The position numbers were made by a program, and so were the translations under genes. A DNA stretch of 63,693 bases, counting the filler, from Pelomyxa schiedti (Eukaryota > Protista > Evosea), in the NCBI GenBank assembly GCA_020536535.1. It is 12 parts of 12 records of this genome, joined end to end, with 100 filler letters (N's around TTAATTAATTAA, not from the genome) between each part and the next. Parts side by side here need not be neighbours in the genome. Positions count along the whole stretch, not along the records: positions 20,798 to 33,581 come from JAHLWZ010001202.1; positions 33,682 to 37,706 come from JAHLWZ010000651.1; 10 more parts are not named here. The stretch is one strand, 5' to 3'. Below the pieces are notes generated by a model, which was given only the letters and a program-made list of their open reading frames with translations, was not told the DNA's origin and ran no database searches. The stretch's first letter is position 1; each line of letters starts with the position of its first letter. Below are positions 24,301 through 36,454 of the stretch, one piece after another.

Positions 24301-26164
24301 ATTTTACTGCTGTAGGCTGCAACCCACTTTGGCGCATCTCCTATTACACCAATGATTTCTTTCACAAAAGGCTTCCTTGCTAAAATAAATTCATCTGAGG
24401 TATGAAATTTTGCCGAAAGAATCGAATCATTTATCCCAAATAGATTACCCCAGGAGTTGGTTATAATGTGGCACTGAAAAATAGGGAAGAACTGACAGAA
24501 TTGACCCAGCAGTTCACTCAGTCCAAGCGTACGAACGAAAACTTACAAAGTAAGAGGTTTTTTCTTTCATTTGAGTTCAACGTCCAAAGGCGAAATTGTG
24601 ACGATGAGAAATCAGAACACACAACTTCAATCTAAGCTATCTTCAGTTCAAGTATTCACTTGCTTTCTTTTTTGTTTACCAAATGCTTTGTAACCAAACG
24701 GTTTTACTACAAATAGGAAGCTTACGCCGCAAAGATATTAGAATTGAACTTGATCACTGAGCAAACAGGGGCAGGGAAGCCCGCACCTGCCAGTCCTCCA
24801 CCGGCAATTAGCTCTGTTAGCAGCATAATTTCCACAGATCTTCTTAATGGCTCTCCCGTTATATCAGCAACTAAGCCTCAACCTCTAACAGAAGTGGCGG
24901 CACCTCAACCTTCTTCGCCGCCTTCCTCCTCAGATGCAATAGCACTTCTCCTGCAAGGAAACTTCACAGCACCTTCCCCAAAAGCGGACCCATCACTTTT
25001 TTTGGGTGACGATATATTACTCCCGGACAAGGCGGACAAGGCCTCCCCCGCTCCAACTTTAGGTAAGAGTTGGTTTACCGGTTCACATCAATAACACTGA
25101 TGCCAGGATTTAACCTTATTTCATTTGATGGTCCTGTTACTCCCACAAACACAAGCCGGCCAATTACTCCTCCAAAGCTACCACCACCCAAGACCGTTCC
25201 AGATGTGGATAACCTCCTGGATTTGTCTCCACCACAAACAACCTCTTCTATCATTCTCGGTATTTTTTGTTTCCCCTCATTCCAAACAAACTAATTCCCC
25301 TTTTTAGATACAGACACAAAACCCAAGGACTCCAGCTCATACTCTCTAGTTGTAATTGATGAATACGGAAACCAAGCCTCAGTGCGTAATTTCTCGCCTC
25401 TGGTTTTCAGCAGCCAACCAACAATTGATTCAGAAAATCGGGATGACAACAGAAGACCGCGAACGAGAGAATTCACTTCGCAAGTACTACGATAGTCAGA
25501 TTGTGCATCTCACTTCCCAGGTAAACTTATTATTGCCTATCCAAAAAATATTCAACTCCGCACTACTCACTTTTTCCACTATCCAAAATAAATGCCGTAA
25601 CAATTTCATTTGCCTATAACATTACACAGTTGCAAGCAGCCGATGCCAAAGCAGTCAGGCTACATGAGAACATGCACAAGGCACAGGATGAAATAGAATT
25701 ACTAGTAAGGAAGCGTACTGATGCCTGTGCCCAGTTAGAGTCCGCAAATTCCCAGCTCACAAATAACGAGGCCACAAAGGCTGCTTACGAGAAGCAGATG
25801 CAGGTTTGTGTTGTTGTTTGTTGTTTATATTTGAAGTGCAGGTGTATGAAAGCTAATTAAGTACGTAAACATGTTTTCTAGAAACCTGACTTGTAAACAG
25901 TTGCTCACGGAAACTTATATTGGCTTGAGTGAGCAAGTGGCTCAGAGAGAAGCGGAACTTCGTGACATCAAGTCGTGCCAAGTATGTTTTGAATGAAGCT
26001 ATTATACCGCGCATGCACAATTTTACTGACTACACTCCACAAAGGTTCAATGTGCTAAATGTAAAGTGTGGAACTCTGTAGGGTACTTGGTCACTGATGG
26101 GAAGAAAGGCAATCAGTGCTCCAAGGGTAACCATACCACCCTCACTTTCAAAGGTACCTCATGA
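21329..26164 (+). CDS. PPP1R21: PPP1R21 (KLRAQ-motif coiled-coil, FERRY subunit) homolog with long low-complexity N-terminus and C-terminal Cys/His extension
   Basis: KHKLRMYLAVLKRGVIQEQQKNKELDEALKQKE (KLRAQ domain); ELEEKIAENEGLHMKIFE; ERENSLRKYYDSQIVHLTSQLQAADAKAV; TKAAYEKQMQLLTE (TTKRSYEDQ domain). TGA at 26162-26164. Confidence 0.85.
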
Positions 26165-26281
26165 TAGAAATGTAAACTCCCGTAATTTGCGTAACCAATA
26201 AAGCCAAGTACTTCACTTATGAAGTTAACTCTATTTTTTCTTTGCACATCTGATATAACATACACACACCAGACCACGTCT

Positions 26282-28122
26282 CTAGTGAGATTCCGCACGT
26301 GGGTCGGTGCGAGAAATTATGTCTGAGACAGTGGCCTGGTTGAAGCCAGCAAACCCCGCTCCTCTTTGTATGAGTTCCAGATGACTGTAATTGTGTTAGA
26401 GGCACTCCTACCCTCATAGAGGAATACCTTCCAACAGCACCATCGGAGGCAAATTTGGAAGCCTGTGTGTTGCTGATTGTGTGGTTTTGTTCCAGTGATG
26501 CAAGTTTATCAGCCGGTATTTTCCACCTCTCACCCACAGTAAATGTCTGGTAGAGATAGGAGAAGCTGCTGAAAGGTTTCATGGACTTAACGAGGTGGTA
26601 TTCAGTGAGTCGTTGAACAGCATCATTAAACTGAACTCTGGCAGCCACGTGATGCAACCCGGAAGTAAGTGCACTCTCCCCATGTATTGCACACCACAGC
26701 CCAACAGTCCCTAGCGTTCAATAAGGAAAACACGAGTATGCACATACTCACCAAGGGTGGGACGTGCAGGAAGCGGTGTCGATGTGAAGTCACCTTCCAC
26801 CTCTTCCGGAGCAAGATCAACATCAGCAAACACGGCAAATCTACAAGCCTTCTGGATCATAACCTGTTCATTGTGAGTCTGCGGTAATGGCGGTAACCTT
26901 ACTCACTTGGGCACCCCAGCCGGCTTCGGCACCAGCATAGAAGCGTTCACGACATTCAAAACCCAGAGTCTTGAGGAATTCGATCAACAAGGGAAAAACG
27001 TTGCGACTTGATCTGAAGGTATGGTGATCATGGTTTGACCAACCAAGACCCAGTCGATCTTGCAATCCTTTTTGCACCTGGGGAAGGCCTTTAGTTTACA
27101 CCAAGAAATTGGAGGTACCTTTCCAGCCCAGTTTCTCTGCTCCCAGTATTCACGCTCAACAGAAAATATTAACCATGCCGCCGAGTCCGCACTGCCCAGC
27201 GCACTTACAATTTCTTTTGCTAGTGCTATTGTCTTAGTCATTCCCTCCACATTGTTGGCAAACGCCCGTTGTCTTATCCCAATTTTAGGCTTGATATAAA
27301 AGGGAAAACGGTACCTTTGTGCCCAAAGCTCCCGCTGTCGAAGGTAAACTTGTTGTGCATTAACAGACGGAGGCAGTTCAATGGGCTAAAGGAAACGATT
27401 AGAACTCATTCACACAGTACAAAGAAAGACCTTAAAACCAGTCCAACCCCTGCGCTCTACAATCCATATTTCTTTGTGATTTTCCTTCAATCACGTTGGA
27501 AAAAGACAAATTAAAGAGAAAAATTTTACCTTCCAACCAAGGCAGGAGCGATATGAACTAAATATACTTCCCTCAATTGAAGCACCAGAAATTCCGTTTG
27601 CCATCAAGAAGGAGGCTAAGATACTAACATTAGGGATATTCGGGTGACATTTATTTGTATGACATACAAATATCGTCAACAAGAATAGCCACGGCAACGC
27701 AAGCCGCCTCCAGCCGCGTGCTTGTACGAACGACAATGCGAGGAAATACCGCCCATGGGTGCCACATCACAACATCGCCCTCTCTCGGAGGTACTGCACC
27801 GCATTCGATCTCAAAGCCTGCACACGATTTAATAAAAGCAAGTAAGGGGACCATGCCATTCAACGGTCCCTGGGAAAAGGGGAAAAACATTACCTAGCGA
27901 CGCAAGAGACGCGGCGGCAGTGCCCTTGGCGTCGTCTTCCACAATAATATGGTCGCACACGTCGTAGACGCAAACGCAACACTCGCGCCTCATCCTGCCA
28001 TCAAGCGCGGAAAACGACGCGAAATCACGCGCCAGATCCCCCACATACACGTCCCTCACAAGGTGTTCGGCTTCTTCATGCACTTTAAAGTCAAAATGCG
28101 ACACCGATCTATGAGACGCCAT
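26282..28122 (-). CDS. Intron-containing homolog of a conserved bacterial hypothetical protein (NHDHHTxRSSR family)
   Basis: Spliced product includes IVERRGWTGF, FSVEREYWEQRN, QDRLGLGWSNHDHHTFRSSR, LGFECRERFYAGAEAGWGAQV, FADVDLAPEE, GLWCAIHGE, GSHLELIQR..GFNQ..VSDII.RTDPR*. Confidence 0.75.
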
Positions 28123-28460
28123 TCCCCTGTCACCCTTTTTTTTTTTCTGTTTTTTAAAGTAAAGAGCCTTTCTTTTGAGCTTTTTAAACGACTATGTTCC
28201 CTGATTGTTACGGGAAGAAAAAACGAAACGTCAGTGATGTAGACGCGAAACGAGACGAAAAAAATAGTAGGGAATTTGGGGTACTGTACTGTACAGGTGA
28301 TACATAGAATGTTTTTTTGGTATGTGTGGAATGGTGTATCTCCAGGGAGGCCTGACAAAAGACTCTCTGGGCCGGTTGAATACTGTTCGCTGATTAGTTT
28401 GTTGAAGAGCGGTGAGAATACTACATACAAGTACTGCGTGTATGATTGTACAGGGTGTTG

Positions 28461-31400
28461 TCATGTCCCATTGTATTCTTCACCATATTCATCCCTCCAA
28501 TGGTTAAGGTTATCCCAGGCCGCGCTTTCAAGAACTTGGAAGTTCGGGAATAAAGGTTCCAGAGCCCGGAGAAGCGGAACAACAAACAGCGGCACAAAAG
28601 TGTTCTGGGTGCTACATTAGTTGGAACCGGTAAGTGGCTTTTATAAAACCTGCAAGTCCAGGACAGTTGCCGTTCCTCCCATAAAACTAGAGGCAACCAA
28701 TCCTCGGGCCCTTTCATCGGCGCCTTGTTGGGCAAACTCTTTCATTTGCCGCGTTGCCCATTCTTTGCAAATAGACCACTGCCGGTAAGGATTGCTTAAA
28801 TCTGCAGCCTTCAATAGTAGCTGAAGTATAAGCAACTTTCCGGGCGATGTAGAGGATACAAAAGCAGCATGGTCCCTGGGAGGACCTCCCGTGGCTTCGG
28901 TAGTGCTTTCTGGGACCCAAGACTTGATGGCGTCAATAAGCTCCACATGTTTTACCATGTCTGTGGCATTGATAAGATTGAAAACCATCTCAATGACATA
29001 TTTCTGATGACGAGGAGACAAATCAGCAAGTGCTTTGCACTCCGGGTCAAGCAATAGTTTCTCAAGAGCATATGCAGCGTGTGACCTTTCCAGGGGTGAA
29101 TCTGCGAACTTGATATATGTTGGATGGAGTGTCTCACGAAGGAACACGTTGTTGCGTCCTGGGTGCCTATAATCATGTGCAGCTGCAGCAATAAAACATG
29201 CAAGACGGTCCAGTGGCGAAATAGTCTCTCGGAAACTTGGTGAGGCATATTCAGCCATTCCAAGTAGACAATGAAAAGCTTGCGTTACATCAGCTGCATG
29301 GTACTTGTTGTGATACGGATTTTCCTGTTTAGGAGAACTAGGCTCAGCTTGGGGATCCGCACAGTAATCTTCTTCGAGCTTTCCAATGAACTGCTGCAGC
29401 AATTTATAGTTAACTCTGTGTAACTTGAATGGCAGCTGCTGCTCCAGGATAGCGGAATAAAAAACAGACTGTAGGACGCTCTTTTCTCCAATAGTGTTCG
29501 CTACCTTAACATAATTTCAGAGAAGTATATGAGTATGTGCTGTACCTGAAAAACGTTGAACGCCCACTGATTAACTGGTATTCTTGTGACAGTGATAGCG
29601 TTATCTTCCTTGAGAGGTGTCACCTTATCACACTCATCTTGCCTACCAGAGCCAAGCCCGGAGTGTTGGTCCATATTTATGCCACAGTCGTGGACGAATT
29701 GCTTTTGGTTGGGATCGAGTTCCACAAGTGCTCTTACTCCTACTTAAATTAATACAATTGCCTGGTGAGGAACAACATACCTTGAAAATTTCGGTGTAAA
29801 AGAAGAATCCTGGCATTTCTGACTGCTTTAATATGCTCCTCTCTTAATCCCCTTTTTGGATTATCACTGATTTCACGTAGCACATCGGCAATCTGATGAG
29901 CAGTGAATGTATGTATCTTTACGACGAACACATACTTCCTTCAAATCACTTGTCAGAGCACTGACAGCAAGCAGGTCTATGTCATGCTGTCCAAGGTTTC
30001 CAGTTTGGAGTTTCCTTTCTTGAATTTCAAAATGTAGACCCGCTATTTTTGCGGTGAGACCAGCATACTTTCGCGTGACAACACTGTAAGCCCCAACGGC
30101 ACCAGCAGCAACAACCATGGTTGTTCCAAGAACTGCTGAGAGGCTGATCATGAGTACCACGGCACGCCTGTCATCTTTTGTAGCTTGCTCCTCATCAATG
30201 ACAGCAATTACAATCCACCTGGAGCGAGGGACAAATCGCCAAGAGATGAACCTCTTTCCAGTAACAAACTCGATGGAGGCCATGTAAGTTTCCCGACTGC
30301 TGTATTCGTCACAGGTTGGCTCGATTGCATTTGCAATGTACTTGTATCTCGGATTTGAAAAGATGTTCCATTCTGTAGAGTTGTAGCCGGGACTTGTGAG
30401 AATCTCTGAGTAGTTGAAAGCACCAACGTCAGAGAGATACGACGCATTGACCCAGTCCGCGGCCCCGCTCTCTTGGATCATCATCAGAGTTCCATCAAAT
30501 GAGGTCAGTACAACATATGCACCATCAGCCAAGTTGTTTGTCATCTGGTACACTTGTGCTACAATCGTTGTAACAAAAGCATCCATTCCACAGGTTCCGA
30601 CATCGCCGTTAGGATCAATCCTTGTGTCATTTAGATCAAGGTACACAGAAGTGACCCAGTTCCTTGTAACTTTATCTATATATGGGCCAACCCAGAAGAC
30701 CCCTCGGCTATCACGGGGAGTAATTTCTGGTGAAAGAAATGGAGGTATCATCAGTTGCACAGTGTATAGGGGGAAGAAGGGGTAGATCATTGAGTATCCA
30801 TTCCTTGCTGTGAAGTAAACCTGTTGAATAACATCTACCCACGCCGTCTCTATGTTCTTTATCAGTGGTCCCAATCCCCCAAGCCTCCAGAAGTACGTCT
30901 CTACAATTTCTTGCAGCTCAGTTGAATTGTGATTCTGTGCCATAAACAGAACCTGCGCCGGTCCTCCAAAATCAGTCATTGTTGCATATGCCTGGCAGCC
31001 GGGACAACTTGCTAGAGTATAATTCCTAAGGCATTTAATAGTTGCTTTCACAACGTTGGTAAAGTACCAGTACCCATAGGTATCAATCTCCTTGGAACTG
31101 GCCATGCGGGGAGTCGCAAGTGCATCCCCAATATCACTGCAATGTGCTATCAAAACTGGCTGTATGGTTTCACAAAAAGAAGATACAGGTCCTGAGTGTA
31201 ATTATAAGAAGATAGAAAGCTAAATCTCTGCATACCAGAAGCTGAAGCGGTAATGGATTCCACATATAACCTTGTTTGGTTCTTGATGCTTTCTACCACT
31301 TTTGCAGCAAAGACAGACACAACGATAGCCCCTGAGGCAGCAACCACAGCACAGGCAATAAATAGTCCCACTGCAACCCACCCACTTCCCTGCCCCTGGT

Positions 31401-33138
31401 CCTTTTCGTCTTGTACCTTTTTGCTGCTGTTCTTGTCACCAACTAAACCTCTAGTGTTGATGCTCTTTGTGGGGTTCCTATTGCGCCTGATAGGAACGCC
31501 AGGGTAATATTGTGTGGGTTTGTTGGTACTTTTGGCTGGTGATGATGATTTGTTCAGCGCATTCATAGGTATATCTTGGTTTTTATTCCCGGAGTTATTA
31601 TTAGGCCGCTGCTGATGCTTTTGATGGCCGTGATATGATGATAACGATGAGGATGAGGATGAGGAAGATTGTGGTGGGTGTTGTAGCTTGTCCTTTGCCA
31701 GCATCATTGCCCTTCTTCTTCTCTCGCTCTCCTTATCACTGTCCCCAGAATCTGACTCATCAGTGTGGTCGGTGACACACCCACCCTCACCATCATAGTC
31801 TCCAACATCCCCGCCATCAGTTGTACCACCATTATACAAGCTAGCGCACCCTCCACCGTACCCACTATACACATTGGCATGTACATTTGCATTTGCATTG
31901 ATGCTGATGTTGGTGGCTGCAGTAGTAGTAGTGGAAACATGAGCAGCCATCGTCACTGCAGTTGCATGTGCCGCTGATGCCGATGCCGATGCAGATGCCG
32001 AGGCCACAGAAGTTGTGGCTGCGATAGTGGATGCTGCTGTGTGCTGCACCACTCCTTGTTGTGTGGTCCTTGTTGCCGACGAGCTACAACCAGCATGGTC
32101 CTCCTGCTTCCTGTGAACGCGGGTGGATGACGACGAAGGGGGCGTCGTGGCAGGCTCCTCCTCCTGCTCGTGCAACTTGTTGTTGTTGGGAACAACACTC
32201 TGCTGGGTCTGCTGGTTGTGTGGTGGTGGCGGCGGCGGCGGCGGCACATCGGGGCTGCTGTGGCTGCGGCTTTGGCTGCGGCTGTTGCTGTGGCCGTGGT
32301 CGTGGCCGTGGCAGCGGTGGCGGCGGGCGCGGCAGCACCGGCAGTGGTGGCAGTGGTGGCAGTGCCCCCCGCCGCGGTGGGAGGGGCCGTGGGCGTGCGG
32401 GGGCCGTGAACGGGAACCACTACCTCCACCACCACCACCCTGGGAAGGCGATGGAGAGGGAGAGGAGGCGGGAGGGGCCCCGGTCGTCGAGGGGCAGGAA
32501 GGAGAAGACGACGACGAGGGCGAGGCCGATGAGGAGACAGACGGAGACATGCCCGGCGACAGCCCGGGCGACAGCGACGACGTAGACGAGGGCACCGCCG
32601 GGGACGCCCCGCCCGCCACCCCGCCCGCCGGGGACGACGACGTAGGGGTGGCGCCCCGGGCGGAAGCCGCAGCAGGGCGCAGCTCCGGCGGCTGCGGCTG
32701 CGGCTGCGTCTGCGCATGCGTATGCGGCAGCGGGTGCTGTGGCACTGCCGCTGCCACGGGGCCGCCTTTGGTGTGTGCCGGGGTGGGGGCGGGCGGGGGC
32801 AGGGCAACGCGGGGCCTGGGCCTGGGGCTGGACCGGCGGTACTCCACGTTGCTCGTGCTGCTGCTGCTGCCTTCGTCGTCTGTTGTTGTGGTTGTGGTGG
32901 TTGTGGTGCCAGAGTCATCCAGGAGTGTGGCATGTTGGTGGGGGGGTGGTGACGATGATGGTGGTGGGATGGCGTAGTGGTGATGTTGTTGGGTGTTTGT
33001 TGCTGTGGTGGTGGTATTTACACCGGGGTATCGCCCTCCCATCAGCCGGATACGCCTTCGCTCCTCCTGGGACGGCGACCACGACGTGGACGACCATGAC
33101 TCTCCTTCGTCTTCGTCAGCTAGGTCCATTCCATGCAT
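28461..33138 (-). CDS. Two-TM, extracellular Cache-like sensor, class I 3',5'-cyclic nucleotide phosphodiesterase
   Basis: PDEase_I motifs NPYHNKYHAADVTQ, AAAAHDYRHPGRNN, LERSH, INATDM, LLKAADLSNP...W...EF.QQG..E. TM1 WVAVGLFIACAVVAASGAIVVSVF and TM2 AVVLMISLSAVLGTTMVVAAGAVGAYSVV flank a region with Cache-like WVGPYID...GTCGMD. The ORF 31150-33186 exon splices in frame to the ORF 29873-31153 exon. Confidence 0.88.
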
Positions 33139-33681
33139 TGATTCACGCAGCGTTGTTGTTTCGCATTCGGCGTGATCAAAACTCACTTCAAGGAATCATT
33201 GCACCGACATGTTGTGGATTATTCTCCAATTTGGCAGTTTGGCTTTTGTGGCACTCCAGAATCATTTTGGATTTTACGTGGCTAGTTTTCAGACCCGATT
33301 TAATTATCGTTAATACGCCACATAGATCTTGGGAAAAAAAAGGGAATGGTGTACACCATTAGAAAGGCTGACGTAATAACGGGTTTAGATTTTCTATCCA
33401 AATATTTAGCTCACCACAGTTTTGTTCCAACAAAAAAAAAAGGTTGTTCTGGCTGTGGGTGATATTTATTGGGTTATTTGCTTGTGCAGGCACACGCAGC
33501 GGGTGCGGTCTAGGCACAACACTGCGGTGGCTGGTCTGGACTGTGGGACATGTGTTGGTGTTACAACATTCATGTGGGTGGNNNNNNNNNNNNNNNNNNN
33601 NNNNNNNNNNNNNNNNNNNNNNNNNTTAATTAATTAANNNNNNNNNNNNNNNNNNNNNNNNNNNNNNNNNNNNNNNNNNNN

Positions 33682-34693
33682 AAGTGCTACTGTTTGTGTG
33701 TAAGTATAATGTGAAACCAGTGGTTTGGTTGATGATATACCTTTTCTGGAGTGCCTGTCACAGTGGAAGCTGTTGTGTCTTTTTCGACTTGTTCAGTGTG
33801 TTTGGCAGTTTTTTCTTACCGTCTTTAGTTTTGGAGTGCTTTTTGTGGTTATCGGATGTTCTCTTGTTCACCTTGTCATTACTGGTCTCCTTCTTTTTCT
33901 TGTCTGATTTCTTCGAGTCAGTTTTCGTCTTACTTTTGGAGGACTTTTTCTTGGAGGTATCTTTTGACGAGGGTTTGCTTGCCTTTGGCTTTATTGTTCT
34001 TTGATTCTTTGCTTTGTTCCGGCTTTTTTTGTTCTCCTGTCGAATCGTTCAGAACATCAGCACACCGTGGTGCAGCAGGAGCTTTCAATAAAAGGGGTTG
34101 CTCGATTTTGTATCATGCAACTCAATTCTTTCAATCACTCAAGGGGTGTTTTTGGGAGATGAAGTCAGTCAGTATCACCTGATCCAAAGAGCTCACTGAA
34201 TCCTGTACATCAAGTTGTGGTTGCTCAGCACCACCACCCTCATTATCACCGTGATTAGTGGCGACTTGAACCCACCTTGGACTTTTCCACAAGTTTGTCT
34301 TTTACAGAACTTTCCCGCCATCACTCCCAACAGACAGAGGGGACTAGTATCACTGCTATCAACAGAGCTTCCCATTCCGATGCTATCTGACGTGTCCAAA
34401 GCAACTGCAACTGGGTCTGCCCCGGGACCGATTCCGGCGGCCGGGAGCGTAGGCGGCGTGGGTTTTGCGGCCGCGGCGGAGATTCGTGATTGCGGCGATT
34501 TGTGAGATTCCCTCAAGTGACGGCGCAGAGCCGACGCAGGTACCAATGACCCACACACAGGACAAAACTCCTCCGCCTCGTTTTCGTTATCGTCGGTGTC
34601 CACATTCGGGGGACGACCGTAGTCGTCGGCTTCACTGTCACCGCTGTCGTTAATTGGCTGAATAAAATAATCAACGGACCGGAACGCTGTCAT
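33682..34693 (-). CDS. Protein with a C2H2/UBZ-like zinc finger and a Lys-rich region (3' partial)
   Basis: FCPVCGSLVPASALRRHLRESH. Downstream Lys-rich reading frames; exon structure unresolved. Confidence 0.45.
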
Positions 34694-35094
34694 TTTCGTT
34701 ATCGTCGCTCAGGATCGGCGGTCCGGTGTTTTTTATGCAGCCCGGATTTCCGAAATCCGTTCAAGCGGTGACAGGTTGATTCCCCTGCATTGGAAAAGCC
34801 TGATTGATGAAGTTGGTAACAACGGCAATATTTCCGAGAGTGGTGGGAAGTTGGAGCGGCGAGCCGAGTCCCCCCCCCCCCCCCGCACGTGATGCACCAC
34901 AAAACAAGGCGACGACGAAGTGGGCACATTAAAAACAAACAACCTTCCACACCACAACACACTGCATAGTAAATGAACAAAAAGAAAAACCTTTNNNNNN
35001 NNNNNNNNNNNNNNNNNNNNNNNNNNNNNNNNNNNNNNNNNNNNNNNNNNNNNNNNNNNNNNNNNNNNNNNNNNNNNNNNNNNNNNNNNNNNNN

Positions 35095-36454
35095 GTATCA
35101 CACATGCAACTGGACGTTTCAGTACCTGCCTCGAAGTCTGCAATTACCGGAGCGTTGAACCTCCATGAAAATCGCATCACCACCATATAACCAACAATTC
35201 GCAATTACCCCGCACGTGATGCACCCCCTGAGCACGTTCGCCTGTCTTCGTCGTCGCCTTGTTTAGTAGTACTAAGTGGGTACATTAAAAACAAAAAAAG
35301 CCACGTTTACCCGTTCGTTCGCGTTCCCTTTTTTCTTTTCTTTGCTGCAGATCTGTGTCAGAAGGGGCGGCACCTCTCACACAGAGATCTTGCCTGGGCC
35401 CTTTGTCGTCTGTACCGCCGTTACCAACACACAGTGCCCCTTTGACCTGACTTTGGGAACCCTCAGTTGCGCAAAAATTTGCGAAATGTCGCCACGGGTG
35501 TCGCCACGGGGTGTCTTTATACTTCGATTTCTTCAAACAAATCATAAAAATAAAAAAAACCCAGCGGACCAACTCTACCGCAAGCATCTTCGTAGTCGTG
35601 CAACGCACGGAAGGTATTGCAATTCATTTTACATCGAGACGCTTTTGTTTTACACCTACGTATCGTGTAAGCACTAATTTACTACAAAATCACCTTACTT
35701 TACCTCCACGCCTAATATTGATTTGCAGAGAGGATGGTCTCTGTAGCTGTAGAAATTCCTCTGAGCAGTATAAATTTCCTTCCTACTATTAATCTTTTTT
35801 ACCTTGCACAGTGTATCATATCACATTTATTAACAACTACAACAAAATCTCCAAGGGTGGTTTTATTGCTGCAAAAGGTAAAACGTAGGTCTCAAAACAC
35901 ACCCCTTGGTGCCGATTGGCGCCAAGGGAACAAGGGAACAAGGGAAACACCCCTTTGGTGCCGATTGGCGCCAAGGGGGTGTTGTTTGCACGAGCCGAGC
36001 TGCTGCTGAGGTTATATCTCGCCGCGGACTTTGCAGATTACAGAGTCTCAAGTATTCCATTCACCTTACTTTACCTCCACGCCTAATATTGATTTGCAGA
36101 GAGGATGGTATTGGGAAGTATTTCGCGACGATCATTTTCGCGGATCCTGCTGTGGATAAAAAAATCAACGGAACCCCATTATTTTCTCTTTACAAAGCGA
36201 AGGCGTTTCTTTTATTATGCCAAGGTGTAGTGGTTTTTGGTGCTGGAAACGAAAGTTTCTGGGCGAACGAACATTCTGGGTCACACTTTAGTGGAAACGG
36301 TGTAAGGGGGTTATGTGGTGTAAAGGGATTTCTTGATGGGGTAATTGCGAATTGTTGGTTATATGGTGGTGATGCGATTTTCATGGAGGTTCAACGCTCC
36401 GGTAATTGCAGACTTCGAGGCAGGTACTGAAACGTCCAGTTGCATGTGTGATAC
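35095..36454. repeat. 117-bp perfect inverted repeat (35095-35211 / 36338-36454), probably assembly or amplification artefact
   Basis: gtatcacacatgcaactgg...gcaattacccc is the exact reverse complement of ggggtaattgc...gcatgtgtgatac. The left arm abuts a 100-N gap. Confidence 0.85.
35690..36109. repeat. 49-bp direct repeat (35690-35738 / 36061-36109) enclosing two tandem GC-rich hairpins (35902-35928, 35946-35983)
   Basis: tcaccttactttacctccacgcctaatattgatttgcagagaggatggt occurs twice. The hairpin core CTTGGTGCC-GATT-GGCGCCAAGG occurs twice (one copy has an extra T). Confidence 0.85.

Noticed and set aside
31704-33362. Numerous long overlapping ORFs on both strands (also 41300-41900 and 44800-45600)
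   Set aside because: Shadow frames of GC-rich low-complexity exons with few stop codons; no independent motifs.
35095-36454. 117-bp inverted repeats as transposon TIRs
   Set aside because: The left arm starts exactly at a 100-N gap and has the same 117-bp length as the duplicate at the other gap (60730-61063), which points to an assembler overlap or amplification chimera. No transposase or TSD is visible.
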